Origin: Syntrophaceae bacterium
Lineage (GTDB): Bacteria; Desulfobacterota; Syntrophia; Syntrophales; UBA2192
Assembly (NCBI GenBank): GCA_013177795.1
Contig: JABLXY010000003.1
Location: forward strand, 701,578-765,577
Direction: 5' to 3'
Length of the DNA stretch: 64,000 nt
A program made the translations under genes and the position numbers. Below, in pieces: positions 16,023 to 24,962 of this stretch. The notes beneath the pieces are model-generated. The model did no database searches. It saw only the letters and a list, made by a program, of their open reading frames with translations, and was not told the DNA's origin. The stretch's first letter is position 1, and the number at the start of each line of letters is the position of its first letter.

Positions 16023-17434
16023 CGGAAGCGGACACGAAGTGCAGGCCCATCCTCGTCGTCGACGACGACCCCTACATGCGGACGTCGCTCACGGACTGCC
16101 TCGTGAGCTGCGGCTGGCCTGTGGAGACGGCGGCCGACGGGGCCGACGCCCTGGCGAAGTTCCGCAAGGGGGCCTACGAGATGGTCATCACGGACGTCCG
16201 CATGCCCAAGATGGGCGGGCTGGAGCTGCTGAAGAACGTGAAGGGCCTGTCCCCCGACACTCCCGTCATCGTCATCACCGCCTACGGGACCGTGAACACG
16301 GCCGTGGAGGCCATGAAGCAGGGCGCGGCGGACTTCGTCATGAAGCCCTTTTCGCTCGACGATCTCGAAGTGGTGGTTCGGAATGTCCTCGAGCGGGGCC
16401 TGCAGCCGGACGTCGCCCGCGCAGATGTGCAGGAGACGGGAGGCGCGGCCCGCCCGGCGCAGCGGCCCATCGTGACGGAGGACGCCCGGATGGCCGAGCT
16501 CCTGGAGTTTCTCAAGAACATCGCGAAGAGCCGCTCGAGCGTCCTCATCCAGGGCGAGAGCGGGACGGGCAAGGAGCTGCTGGCCCGGTTCATCCACTAC
16601 CACAGCCCCCGGCGGCACCAGCCCTTCGTTGCCGTCAACTGCGCGGCCATCCCCCACACGCTCCTGGAGAGCGAGATGTTCGGCTACGAGAAGGGCGCCT
16701 TCACGGGCGCCGCCCAGCGCCGGATCGGCAAGTTCGAGCTGGCCGACCGCGGGACGCTTCTGCTCGACGAGGTGAGCGAGATGGACATGCCGCTGCAGGC
16801 GAAGCTCCTGCGTGTGATCCAGGAGTGCGAGATCGACCGGCTCGGCGGCAAGGACCCCATCCCCGTGGACGCGCGGATCATCGCGACGACCAACGCGGAC
16901 CTCAAGGCGTGCATCCGGGAGAAGAAGTTCAGGGAAGACCTCTACTACCGGCTCAACGTGATCCCCGTCCGCGTCCCGCCGCTGCGGGAGCGCAAGGGCG
17001 ACATCGCGGCCCTGGCGGGGCACTTCCTTGCGAAGTACGCAGCCGAGAACGGCAGGAAAAAGCCGGTCCTCACCCCCGAGACCCTGGCGGCGCTTGCCGC
17101 CTACCCCTGGCCGGGCAACGTGCGGGAGCTGGAAAACGTCATCGAGCGCGCCGTGCTCGTGTGCCCGGGCGATGCGCTCGAGCCGCATCACCTCGACCTC
17201 GACGGAGGCGGGATCGAGTCGGGGGCCGCAGGTCCCGAGCCGCCGTCCCCGGCGGGCGGGGCGACGACCCTGCGCGACATGGAGAAGCATCTCATCTTCA
17301 GCACCCTGAAGAGGGTCCGGGGCAACAAGACGAAGGCCTCCGAGATCCTCGGGATCAGCGTGCGGACGATGCGGAACAAGCTCAACGAGTACAAGCTCGA
17401 ACAGGGCTCGCCGGACGCCGGGGCCGATGCCTGA
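16019..17434 (+). CDS. Sigma-54-dependent response regulator (FlrC/FleR-like)
   Basis: ATGA overlap with the kinase gene. EMVITDVRMPKMGG receiver; GESGTGKE; GAFTGA; C-terminal HTH KASEILGISVRTMRNKL. Confidence 0.9.
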   Translation: MTEADTKCRPILVVDDDPYMRTSLTDCLVSCGWPVETAADGADALAKFRKGAYEMVITDVRMPKMGGLELLKNVKGLSPDTPVIVITAYGTVNTAVEAMKQGAADFVMKPFSLDDLEVVVRNVLERGLQPDVARADVQETGGAARPAQRPIVTEDARMAELLEFLKNIAKSRSSVLIQGESGTGKELLARFIHYHSPRRHQPFVAVNCAAIPHTLLESEMFGYEKGAFTGAAQRRIGKFELADRGTLLLDEVSEMDMPLQAKLLRVIQECEIDRLGGKDPIPVDARIIATTNADLKACIREKKFREDLYYRLNVIPVRVPPLRERKGDIAALAGHFLAKYAAENGRKKPVLTPETLAALAAYPWPGNVRELENVIERAVLVCPGDALEPHHLDLDGGGIESGAAGPEPPSPAGGATTLRDMEKHLIFSTLKRVRGNKTKASEILGISVRTMRNKLNEYKLEQGSPDAGADA

Positions 17435-17494
17435 CGGCTTCCCGCCCGCTGTCCCAAAATGGCCTATCTGCCTGTTTCTCCGAACACTTTTCTT

Positions 17495-17510
17495 TGGCAC
17501 ATGCCTTGCA
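17495..17510 (+). promoter_or_regulatory. Sigma-54 promoter TGGCAC-atgcc-TTGCA
   Basis: Perfect consensus match 40 nt upstream of the flgB ATG at 17550. Confidence 0.8.
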
Positions 17511-17549
17511 AAGTTTTCCCACGGATTCTCTGAACGGGGAAAAATCTGC

Positions 17550-17921
17550 ATGGACATCCTCTTCGGCAAAACGATCAACATGCTCTCGGACATCGTGGGG
17601 GCCCGGTCGCAGCGGCACCAGGTCCTGGCCTCGAACGTGTCCAACATCGACACGCCGGGCTACGAGCCCAAGGATGTGGACTTCGAGAACCTGATCGCCT
17701 CGATGCAGCAGAAGGGCGTCCGCCTGGCCCGCACGCACGGGAAACATTTGCCTGCCCAGACGGCGGGGGGTAGCCTCTCCGTGGTCCGGACGGGGGAACA
17801 GGTGAGCCTGGACCGCGAGATGGTCGCGATTGCCGAGAACCACCTCATGCACAACGCCGCCGTCGAGATGCTGGCGCGCAAGTTCAGGAAACTCCAGATC
17901 GTCCTGAGGGAGGGCAAGTAA
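17550..17921 (+). CDS. flgB: Flagellar basal-body rod protein FlgB
   Basis: SNVSNIDTPGYEPKDVDF rod-protein N motif. The start is placed downstream of the sigma-54 promoter. Confidence 0.9.
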   Translation: MDILFGKTINMLSDIVGARSQRHQVLASNVSNIDTPGYEPKDVDFENLIASMQQKGVRLARTHGKHLPAQTAGGSLSVVRTGEQVSLDREMVAIAENHLMHNAAVEMLARKFRKLQIVLREGK

Positions 17922-18346
17922 TGGATTTCATCACGTCCTTTGACATCTGCGCGTCGGGGCTGACGGCCCAGCGCAAGAAGATGGACGTCATCGTGAGCAA
18001 CCTCGCCAACGCGAGCACGATCCAGACCCCCGAGGGGGGCCCCTACAAGAGAAAAGTCGCCGTGCTGGCCGCGGAGCCCGTGCGGGGCAAGTTCGGCGCG
18101 GCCCTCCAGGATGCGCTCTCCCAGGTGAAGGTGACGGAGATCGTCGAGGACGGGGAGGGGCTCAAGAAGGTCCACGACCCCGCCCACCCCAACGCCGACG
18201 AGCAGGGGTTCGTCACCTACCCGAACGTGAACGTGGTCACGGAGATGGCCGACATGATCACGGCCAACCGGGCCTACGAGGCCTGCGTGACCGCGCTGGA
18301 CGCCTCGAAGAACATGGTCCTCAAGGCCCTCGACATCGGCAAGTAA
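17921..18346 (+). CDS. flgC: Flagellar basal-body rod protein FlgC
   Basis: SGLTAQRKKMDVIVSNLANAST...YPNVNVVTEMADMITANRAYEA. TAATG overlap with flgB. Confidence 0.95.
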   Translation: MDFITSFDICASGLTAQRKKMDVIVSNLANASTIQTPEGGPYKRKVAVLAAEPVRGKFGAALQDALSQVKVTEIVEDGEGLKKVHDPAHPNADEQGFVTYPNVNVVTEMADMITANRAYEACVTALDASKNMVLKALDIGK

Positions 18347-18360
18347 CGAATCCGGGAAGG

Positions 18361-18384
18361 TCCGGGGCGCAAACCGGCCCCGGA
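18361..18384 (+). other. GC-rich intercistronic hairpin TCCGGGGC-gcaaaccg-GCCCCGGA
   Basis: Perfect 8-bp stem between flgC and fliE with no U-tract. It may be an mRNA stability or processing element. Confidence 0.4.
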
Positions 18385-18403
18385 CGGTGAAGGAGCACGA
18401 CCC

Positions 18404-18709
18404 ATGAACAAGATCACGACGCGTCACGACGTCCAGGCGCCCCTGGCGCAGGCCCCGCGGCCTGCCGGGAGCGCAGCGGGCGGGCCGCAGGGCTCGTTCG
18501 GGGAGATGCTGAAGCAGGCGGTCAGCGAGATCAACCGGCTGCAGAACAGCGCCGACAAGGCGATCACGAACGTCCAGCTCGGCCAGTCGGGCAGCATCCA
18601 CGAGGCCATGATCGCCCTCGAGAAGGCCGATCTGTCCTTCCGGGCCATGATGCAGGTCCGGAACAAGATCCTGGAAGCCTACCAGGAAGTGATGCGGATG
18701 CAGGTGTAA
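18404..18709 (+). CDS. fliE: Flagellar hook-basal body complex protein FliE
   Basis: 101 aa. SFGEMLKQAVSEINRLQ...IHEAMIALEKADLSFRAMMQVRNKILEAYQEVMRMQV. Confidence 0.93.
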   Translation: MNKITTRHDVQAPLAQAPRPAGSAAGGPQGSFGEMLKQAVSEINRLQNSADKAITNVQLGQSGSIHEAMIALEKADLSFRAMMQVRNKILEAYQEVMRMQV

Positions 18710-18822
18710 CGTTCAGGGTTCCGCCCTCTGTCATCTGCGGCTCCTGCTCGACCTCGACCTGGATTGCGCGCTCCGATGACGGGTACCGAAATTCTTCTGA
18801 CGGATAGAGGGATCAACCGCCC

Positions 18823-20403
18823 ATGGCTCAGCTCGTCTCGCAGATGTGGAAGGGGTTCCAGTCCCTTCCGGTCCCCCGGAAACTCACCATCCTCGCGGCG
18901 GCGGCCGCCACGCTCGTCAGCATCGCGCTGGCCGTCGTCTTCATCAACCAGCCGGACTACAAGGTCCTCTTCACGAACCTCTCCGCCGAGGACGCCGGCC
19001 AGATCACGTCGAGGCTCCAGGAGAAGAAGATTCCCTACCAGCTCTCACCCGGCGGCGACACGATCTCGGTGCCCGCAGAGCAGGTGTCGCAGCTCCGGCT
19101 GGAGCTGGCCGCCTCGGGCCTGCCGAAGGGCGGCGGCGTCGGCTTCGAGATCTTCGACACGAAGAACCTGGGCGTCACCGAGTTCGTCCAGCAGCTCAAC
19201 CTCCAGCGCGCCCTCCAGGGTGAGCTGACCCGCACGATCAACAGCCTCGACGAGATCCAGCAGAGCCGGGTGCACCTGGCCATCCCGAAGAAGTCCCTCT
19301 TCGCCGAGGACCAGAAGAAGCCCACGGCGTCTGTCATCGTGAAGCTCAAGAGCGGGCGCAGCCTGAGCGAGCAGCAGATCCAGGGCATCGCCCACCTCGT
19401 CTCGAGCTCCATCGAGGGGATGAGCCCCCGGGACGTCATGATCGTGGACTCGAGCGGAAAGGTTCTCTCGAAGGTGACCGAGGGGGGCGGGGTGGCCCAG
19501 CTGTCCAACTCCCAGATCGAGTACAAGAAGAACGTCGAGAAGGACCTCACGAGCCGCATCACCTCCATGCTGGAGAAGGTCGTCGGCGAGGGGAAGGCCG
19601 TCGTCCGCATCTCCGCCGACCTGGACTTCCGGGTCATGGAGAAGACGGAGGAGAAGTACGACTCCGAGGAGCCCGCCATCCGCAGCGTGCAGCGCTCGCA
19701 GGAGAAGTCGGGCAGCACGTCCGGCTCGATGGGCGAGAGCTCCGTCGCGCTGACGGCCCGGCAGGCGGCGGCGCCCGCTGCGCGGCCGGCCGGGACGAAC
19801 CGCGAGAAGTCCGACGAGACGATCAACTACGAGATCAGCCGCACGGTCCACAAGACCGTCATGCCCGTGGGGGACGTCAAGAAGCTCTCCATCGCCGTGC
19901 TCGTCGACGGCACGTACGCGAAGAACGACAAGGGGGTCGAGGAGTACCAGCCGCGCCCCGAGAAGGAACTGGCGGCGCTGGAGGACCTCGTGAAGAAGTC
20001 CGCCGGGTTCGATGCGAAGCGGGGCGACCAGGTCGTCGTGTCCAACGTCCCGTTCAAGAAGGTGGACCTGTCCTCCGATATGCCCGAGAAGTCCTGGCTC
20101 GACAGGCTGGCGCCCTTCCTGCCGCTGGTCCGCTACCTCGTGATCCTGGCCGTGGTGGTCCTGGCGGCGCTCTTCGTCGTCAAGCCCCTCGTGCGCATGC
20201 TCGCCGAGCGGGGCCGGCAGGTGGAGGTGTCGGTCCGTGAAGTGCCGGCCGCCGCGGGCGAAATCAAGGGGGGAGACGGCGTGACGCTCTCGCTGGGCGC
20301 CCCGCAGGCGTCCCGCGAACTGACGGAGGCCGACATCGTGCGGCACATGGCCTCGGCGGACGCCAAGCGCTTCGCCGAGCTGCTGCGGAATTGGATAAAG
20401 TGA
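18823..20403 (+). CDS. fliF: Flagellar MS-ring protein FliF
   Basis: 526 aa. N-terminal TM segment; YKVLFTNLSAEDAGQITSRLQEKKIPYQL; LQGELTRTINSLD; C-terminal TM segment. Confidence 0.95.
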   Translation: MAQLVSQMWKGFQSLPVPRKLTILAAAAATLVSIALAVVFINQPDYKVLFTNLSAEDAGQITSRLQEKKIPYQLSPGGDTISVPAEQVSQLRLELAASGLPKGGGVGFEIFDTKNLGVTEFVQQLNLQRALQGELTRTINSLDEIQQSRVHLAIPKKSLFAEDQKKPTASVIVKLKSGRSLSEQQIQGIAHLVSSSIEGMSPRDVMIVDSSGKVLSKVTEGGGVAQLSNSQIEYKKNVEKDLTSRITSMLEKVVGEGKAVVRISADLDFRVMEKTEEKYDSEEPAIRSVQRSQEKSGSTSGSMGESSVALTARQAAAPAARPAGTNREKSDETINYEISRTVHKTVMPVGDVKKLSIAVLVDGTYAKNDKGVEEYQPRPEKELAALEDLVKKSAGFDAKRGDQVVVSNVPFKKVDLSSDMPEKSWLDRLAPFLPLVRYLVILAVVVLAALFVVKPLVRMLAERGRQVEVSVREVPAAAGEIKGGDGVTLSLGAPQASRELTEADIVRHMASADAKRFAELLRNWIK

Positions 20404-20484
20404 CAGGCTTCAGGCACCAGGCACCAGGCGTCAGGCCTGTTCGGAATTCTTCCCTCGAGCCTCATGCCCAATGCCTGATGCCCA
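20404..20484. repeat. Heptamer array inverted element: CAGGCTT CAGGCAC CAGGCAC CAGGCGT CAGGCCT ... GAGCCTC ATGCCCA ATGCCTG ATGCCCA
   Basis: Read directly. The five tandem 7-mers begin 1 nt after the fliF stop. The right arm ends 10 nt before the fliG ATG at 20495. Confidence 0.8.
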
Positions 20485-20494
20485 GGGTTTTTCT

Positions 20495-21493
20495 ATGACC
20501 AACGAAGAAAAGGCAGCCATCCTTCTGCTCTCCCTCGACGAGGAGCTCGCGGCGGCGGTGATGAAGAACCTCCGGGCCTCCGAGGTCCGCCGCATCAGCA
20601 AGTACATGAGCCGGATCACGAGCATCTCGGCGAGCGACGTGCAGAACGTCGCCAGGGAATTCTGCGACCTCGCGAAGGAAAAAGGCGGGATCGTCTCGGT
20701 CAAGGAGGACGTGGCGAAGAACATCGTCCTCAAGGCCCTGGGCCCCGAGCAGGCCGGGAGCATCCTCACCGCCCTGGAGGACGAGAAGGGCAAGATCAGC
20801 GAAAACCCCATCTTCGAGAAGCTGCGGGACATCGACCCCAAGCTGCTCAAGGAGTTCACGAAGATGGAGCACCCGCAGACGACGGCGCTCATCCTTGCGC
20901 ACCTGCGCCCCGAGCAGGCCGCGGAGATCATGGAATCCCTCTCCCCGGAGATGCAGATCGAGATCGTCCGGCGGATGGCGAATCTCAAGAGCGTGCCCAC
21001 GGACCTGATCGAGGACGTGGCCGAGACGCTCGAGAGCGAGCTGATCTCCGGGGCCGCCAACGAGAAGGAGATCGGCGGCGTGCGGCTCATGGCGGAGATC
21101 CTCAACCGGATGAACCGCACGAGCGAAAGCGCGATCATTTCCTCGCTCGACGGCACGGACCCGGAGCTGGCCGCGGAGATCCGCGGGCTGATGTTCACCT
21201 TCGACGACATCCTGAAGCTCGACGACCGCAGCATGCAGGAGCTGCTGCGCGAGGTCTCGAGCGAGGACCTCGCCCGGGCCCTCAAGGTCGTCGTCGCGGA
21301 GGGCCGCGAGAAGGTCTTCAGGAACATGTCCAAGCGCGGCGCCGAGATGCTGAAGGAAGACATCGAGATGATGCCGCCCGTGCGTCTCTCCGAGGTGGAG
21401 AAGAGCCAGCGGGCCATCCTGGACATCTGCAAGCGGCTCGAGGCCGAGGGCCGCATCCAGCTGCTGCGCGAGGAGGGCGATGCGTTCGTCTAA
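20495..21493 (+). CDS. fliG: Flagellar motor switch protein FliG
   Basis: MTNEEKAAILLLSLDEELAA...; EHPQTTALILAHL; MFTFDDI; typical FliG. The ORF-track start at 20471 lies inside the repeat arm. Confidence 0.95.
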   Translation: MTNEEKAAILLLSLDEELAAAVMKNLRASEVRRISKYMSRITSISASDVQNVAREFCDLAKEKGGIVSVKEDVAKNIVLKALGPEQAGSILTALEDEKGKISENPIFEKLRDIDPKLLKEFTKMEHPQTTALILAHLRPEQAAEIMESLSPEMQIEIVRRMANLKSVPTDLIEDVAETLESELISGAANEKEIGGVRLMAEILNRMNRTSESAIISSLDGTDPELAAEIRGLMFTFDDILKLDDRSMQELLREVSSEDLARALKVVVAEGREKVFRNMSKRGAEMLKEDIEMMPPVRLSEVEKSQRAILDICKRLEAEGRIQLLREEGDAFV

Positions 21494-22163
21494 CCGGGTC
21501 ATCAAGTCCCAGAACGTCAAGATCGTCGACGCCCCCCGGACGGAAAAGCCCCGCTTCGTGCCGGCCGACTTCGGCTGCGAGAACCTCTCCCAGGGCCCGG
21601 TGCCGCGGCGCTCGCGGATCGAGGAAATCCTCGTCGAGTCGGAGAGGAAGATCGAGGCCGCCGTGAAGCATGCCTACGAGAGGGGGCATGCCGAGGGGTT
21701 CCGCAAGGGATGCGAAACGCGGGAAAAGGAACTGGCCGCCACGGCCGAGGCGCTCAAGAAGCTGCTGCTCGAGGTCGAGAACATCCGCCGCAGCATCCTG
21801 GAGCGCGGGGAGGCGAAGGTGCTCAAGCTCGTCATCGCCGTGGCCCGGAAGGTCATCCGGCGGGAGGTGGCGATGGACCGCGACGTGATCCTCGGCGTCC
21901 TGCGCGAGGCCGTCAAGAACGTCCTCGACCGCGACCGCATCAAGATCCGGCTCAACCCGCGGGACCACGAGCGGGTCTCGAAGCTGACCCCGGGCCTCAT
22001 TGCGGGCTTCGAGGGGATCCGGTCGATCACCCTGGAGGCGGACCCGGGCATCAGCGCCGGCGGCGCCGTGATCGAGACGGCCTTCGGCGAAATCGACGCC
22101 ACCCTGGAGCAGCAGCTCGAGGAGATCCTGAAGGCGTTTTTGCAAAACGGGCAAAAGGCATAA
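21480..22163 (+). CDS. fliH: Flagellar assembly protein FliH
   Basis: 227 aa. GAGGAGGG RBS; 14-nt overlap with fliG; central AYERGHAEGFRKG; position between fliG and fliI. Confidence 0.85.
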   Translation: MRSSNRVIKSQNVKIVDAPRTEKPRFVPADFGCENLSQGPVPRRSRIEEILVESERKIEAAVKHAYERGHAEGFRKGCETREKELAATAEALKKLLLEVENIRRSILERGEAKVLKLVIAVARKVIRREVAMDRDVILGVLREAVKNVLDRDRIKIRLNPRDHERVSKLTPGLIAGFEGIRSITLEADPGISAGGAVIETAFGEIDATLEQQLEEILKAFLQNGQKA

Positions 22164-22233
22164 GGCAAAGGGCGAAAGGCGACGCGGAAAAAATTCTTTT
22201 CAAGCCCTTACGCCATCGGTCCCTGCGCCTGAG
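22149..22233. repeat. Heptamer array inverted element: GGGCAAAA GGCATAA GGCAAAG GGCGAAA GGCGACG ... AAGCCCTTAC GCCATCG GTCCCTGC GCCTGAG
   Basis: Read directly. The left arm overlaps the last codons of fliH. The right arm ends about 8 nt before the fliI start. Confidence 0.7.
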
Positions 22234-22241
22234 GTATTTTG

Positions 22242-23558
22242 ATGACCCTGGACTTCAACCGCTACAACCGCATTCTCGACCAGATCAACCCGATCAAGGT
22301 CAACGGGACGGTGAGCGAGATCATCGGCCTCATGGTCGAGGGGCACGGACCCGCGAGCTCCGTGGGCGAGATGTGCAACATCTTCGCCAACGGCGGCGCC
22401 TGCGAGACGCTCCGCGCCGAGGTGGTCGGCTTCCGGAAGGGAAAGGTCCTCCTCATGCCGCTGGACCACCTGCAGGGCGTGGGCCCGGGCTGCAAGATCG
22501 TCTCGCTGGGGCGCAAGGCGTCCATCGCCGTGGGCAAGAAGCTCCTGGGGCGGATCATCGACGGCCTGGGCAACCCGATCGACGGCCGCGGCCCCATCGA
22601 GCCGGAGGACGACTATCCGCTCTATGCCGAGCCGATCAACCCCCTGAAGCGGGGGCGGATCGTGGAGCCCATGGACCTCGGCATCCGCGCCCTCAACGGC
22701 CTGCTGTCCTGCGGCAAGGGCCAGAAGATGGGCATCTTCTCCGGCTCCGGCGTGGGGAAGAGCATTCTCATGGGGATGATCGCCCGCTACACGAAGGCCG
22801 ACGTCAACGTGATCGGCCTGATCGGCGAGCGGGGGCGCGAGGTCCGCGAATTCGTCGAGAAGAACCTGGGGCCGGAAGGCCTGAGCCGCTCCGTGGTCAT
22901 CGTGGCCACCTCGGACCGCCATCCGCTGATCCGCATGCGCGCGGCCTACGTGGCCACGTCCGTGGCCGAGTACTTCCGGGACCAGGGCGCCGACGTGCTG
23001 CTCATGGTGGACTCGCTCACCCGCTTCGCCATGGCCCAGCGGGAGGTCGGCCTCTCCGTGGGCGAGCCGCCGGCCACGAAGGGCTACACGCCATCCGTCT
23101 TCAGCCTCCTGCCCAAGCTCCTGGAGCGGACGGGTCCCGTTGAGGGCCGGGGGAGCATCACGGGGCTCTACACCGTGCTCGTCGAGGGCGACGACTTCAA
23201 CGAGCCGATTGCCGACGCGGCCCGCTCCATCCTGGACGGTCACATCGCCCTGTCGCGCGCCATCGCCGCGAAGAACCACTACCCGGCCGTGGACGTGCTC
23301 GAGAGCGTGAGCCGCGTGATGATCGACATCGTGGACGGCGAGCAGCGCAGGCGGGCCAACGAGCTGCTCAACATCATCGCCACCTACCGGAAGGCCGAGG
23401 ACCTCATCAACATCGGCGCCTACGTCGCGGGCAGCAGCCCCGAGATCGACCACGCCATCCGGATGATCGACCGGGTCAACGCCTACCTCCGGCAGGACAT
23501 GAGCGAGAAGGTGAGTTTCGAGGAGAGCCGCAGGCAGCTGCTTGCGCTGTTCGAGTGA
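22242..23558 (+). CDS. fliI: Flagellum-specific ATP synthase FliI
   Basis: GSGVGKS Walker A; LLMVDSLTRFA Walker B region; F1-ATPase beta-like fold. Confidence 0.96.
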   Translation: MTLDFNRYNRILDQINPIKVNGTVSEIIGLMVEGHGPASSVGEMCNIFANGGACETLRAEVVGFRKGKVLLMPLDHLQGVGPGCKIVSLGRKASIAVGKKLLGRIIDGLGNPIDGRGPIEPEDDYPLYAEPINPLKRGRIVEPMDLGIRALNGLLSCGKGQKMGIFSGSGVGKSILMGMIARYTKADVNVIGLIGERGREVREFVEKNLGPEGLSRSVVIVATSDRHPLIRMRAAYVATSVAEYFRDQGADVLLMVDSLTRFAMAQREVGLSVGEPPATKGYTPSVFSLLPKLLERTGPVEGRGSITGLYTVLVEGDDFNEPIADAARSILDGHIALSRAIAAKNHYPAVDVLESVSRVMIDIVDGEQRRRANELLNIIATYRKAEDLINIGAYVAGSSPEIDHAIRMIDRVNAYLRQDMSEKVSFEESRRQLLALFE

Positions 23559-23598
23559 GAGGTGAACAAACCTCTGCGGTGGTGCGGCTCGTAATGTC

Positions 23599-23706
23599 CG
23601 GGAAGATACGAAGTTGGGAAGTTGAGAAGTTTGGAATGCGCTACGGCACGACATGTCCTTTTCGCTTCTCCAAGCTTCAGAGCTTCAAAACTTCTCAGCT
23701 TCGCAG
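23599..23706. repeat. Octamer array inverted element: GGGAAGAT ACGAAGTT GGGAAGTT GAGAAGTT TGGAATGC ... TCTCCAAGCT TCAGAGCT TCAAAACT TCTCAGCT TCGCAGGC
   Basis: Read directly. It is a sequence relative of the 4245-4348 element (GGGAAGTTGAGAA shared). Confidence 0.75.
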
Positions 23707-23769
23707 GCTGCGGCCTTTCATCGAGACATCTCTCCGACATACAGGAGGGATGAACGACAGGAGTACAGG

Positions 23770-24234
23770 GTGTTCCGGTTCCGGTTCGAACAGGTCCTGA
23801 ATGTGCGGAAGCTCGCGGAGGAGCAGATCTTGCAGGAGTTCTCCGAGCAGGTCCGGGACCTCGAGCGCCAGAAGGAGCGGCTCCGGTCGATCCGCGGCGA
23901 GAAGGCCTCCGTGCTGGCCGGACTGATGCGCCGCCGGGAAGGGACGCTCAACGCGGGCGAGATCGGCCTGGCCTTCGGGTACCTCCGGACCCTCCGTCAG
24001 CGGGAGGTGGCCCAGGCGGTGCTGGTCGCCGACCGCGAGAAAGCCCTCGAGATCAAGCGGGATGAGCTCACGGAGGCCATGAAGCGGCGAAAGATCATGG
24101 AGATCCTCAAGCAGAAGAAGTTCGATCAGTACTGGAAAGAGTGGACCCGCAAGGAGTCCGTGGAATTGAACGAGCAGGGAATCATCCGCTTTCTGAAGAG
24201 GTCCGGCGATGAGAAGGCTGATCATCATCTGTGA
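23770..24234 (+). CDS. fliJ: Flagellar export chaperone FliJ
   Basis: (V)FRFRFEQVLNVRKLAEEQ... coiled-coil with KRRKIMEILKQKKFDQYWKEW. The GTG 23770 start, with AGGAG 6 nt upstream, is inferred. The ORF-track start at 23653 lies in the repeat element. Confidence 0.75.
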   Translation: MFRFRFEQVLNVRKLAEEQILQEFSEQVRDLERQKERLRSIRGEKASVLAGLMRRREGTLNAGEIGLAFGYLRTLRQREVAQAVLVADREKALEIKRDELTEAMKRRKIMEILKQKKFDQYWKEWTRKESVELNEQGIIRFLKRSGDEKADHHL

Positions 24235-24814
24235 GATCCTCGTCGTGGCGCTGATCGTCGTCAAGCTCGCCGCCGCCGGGGGCGTCCTGCAGACGTTCAT
24301 GCCCCATGCCGCGGCGGTCCTCGACCCCGATCACGCGATCGCCAACGTGGCGCAGAAGGCGCCGGAGAAGGGGGCCCCGCCGCAGCCCGCGGAGGACGCC
24401 CTGGCGAGGGAGCGCAAGCTCGCCGCGGCGCTGGCCGAGCGCGAGAAGCAGCTCGACGGCCGCGAAAGCGCGATCCGGGAGGAGGAGAAGAGGCTGCAGG
24501 CCCTGAAGGGGGAGATCGTCGCCAAGATCGACGCGCTCAAGGGCCTCGAGGACAGGCTCTCGGGCATGCTCGACGCCGTGAAGGCGGCCGAGGACAAGCG
24601 GCTCCGCGACCTCGCCACCGTCTTCGAGGCCACGCCGCCGGCCCAGGCGGGCCCCATGCTCGAGAAGATGGACAGGAAGCTTGCCGCCGGGATCATCATG
24701 AACATGAAGAGCAAGAAGGCGGGCGCAATCTGGGGACACCTCAGCGCCCAGCGGGCCGCCGAGATCGCCAAGGAGATCACGGGCACCCCGAACCGGCCGG
24801 AGCCGGCGCAGTAG
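24209..24814 (+). CDS. MgtE_N/MotE-like flagellar protein (counterpart of Bacillus YlxF)
   Basis: N-terminal TM helix, coiled coil, then LATVFEATPPAQAGPMLEKMDRKLAAGIIMNMKSKKAGAIWGHL (MgtE intracellular N-domain-like). Located between fliJ and fliK. Confidence 0.65.
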   Translation: MRRLIIICEILVVALIVVKLAAAGGVLQTFMPHAAAVLDPDHAIANVAQKAPEKGAPPQPAEDALARERKLAAALAEREKQLDGRESAIREEEKRLQALKGEIVAKIDALKGLEDRLSGMLDAVKAAEDKRLRDLATVFEATPPAQAGPMLEKMDRKLAAGIIMNMKSKKAGAIWGHLSAQRAAEIAKEITGTPNRPEPAQ

Positions 24815-24962
24815 GCTGCTTCGCAGCAGGCAAAAGGCTCAGATCAAGAGGCGACAGGGCCCCGGAGAGGACGCATAAAGCGGGCACATTGCATGGGGAC
24901 GGTCAGTCCATCGGACGATCGATCCCTTTTTTTATGCCCCCGTCGACCCGGACCCGGGAAGC

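Noticed and set aside
24815-24962. T6 run at 24934-24939 as a possible terminator for the fliJ/MotE-like unit.
   Set aside because: I could not find a convincing upstream stem (only 3-5 bp pairings). The convergent spacer may terminate by other means.
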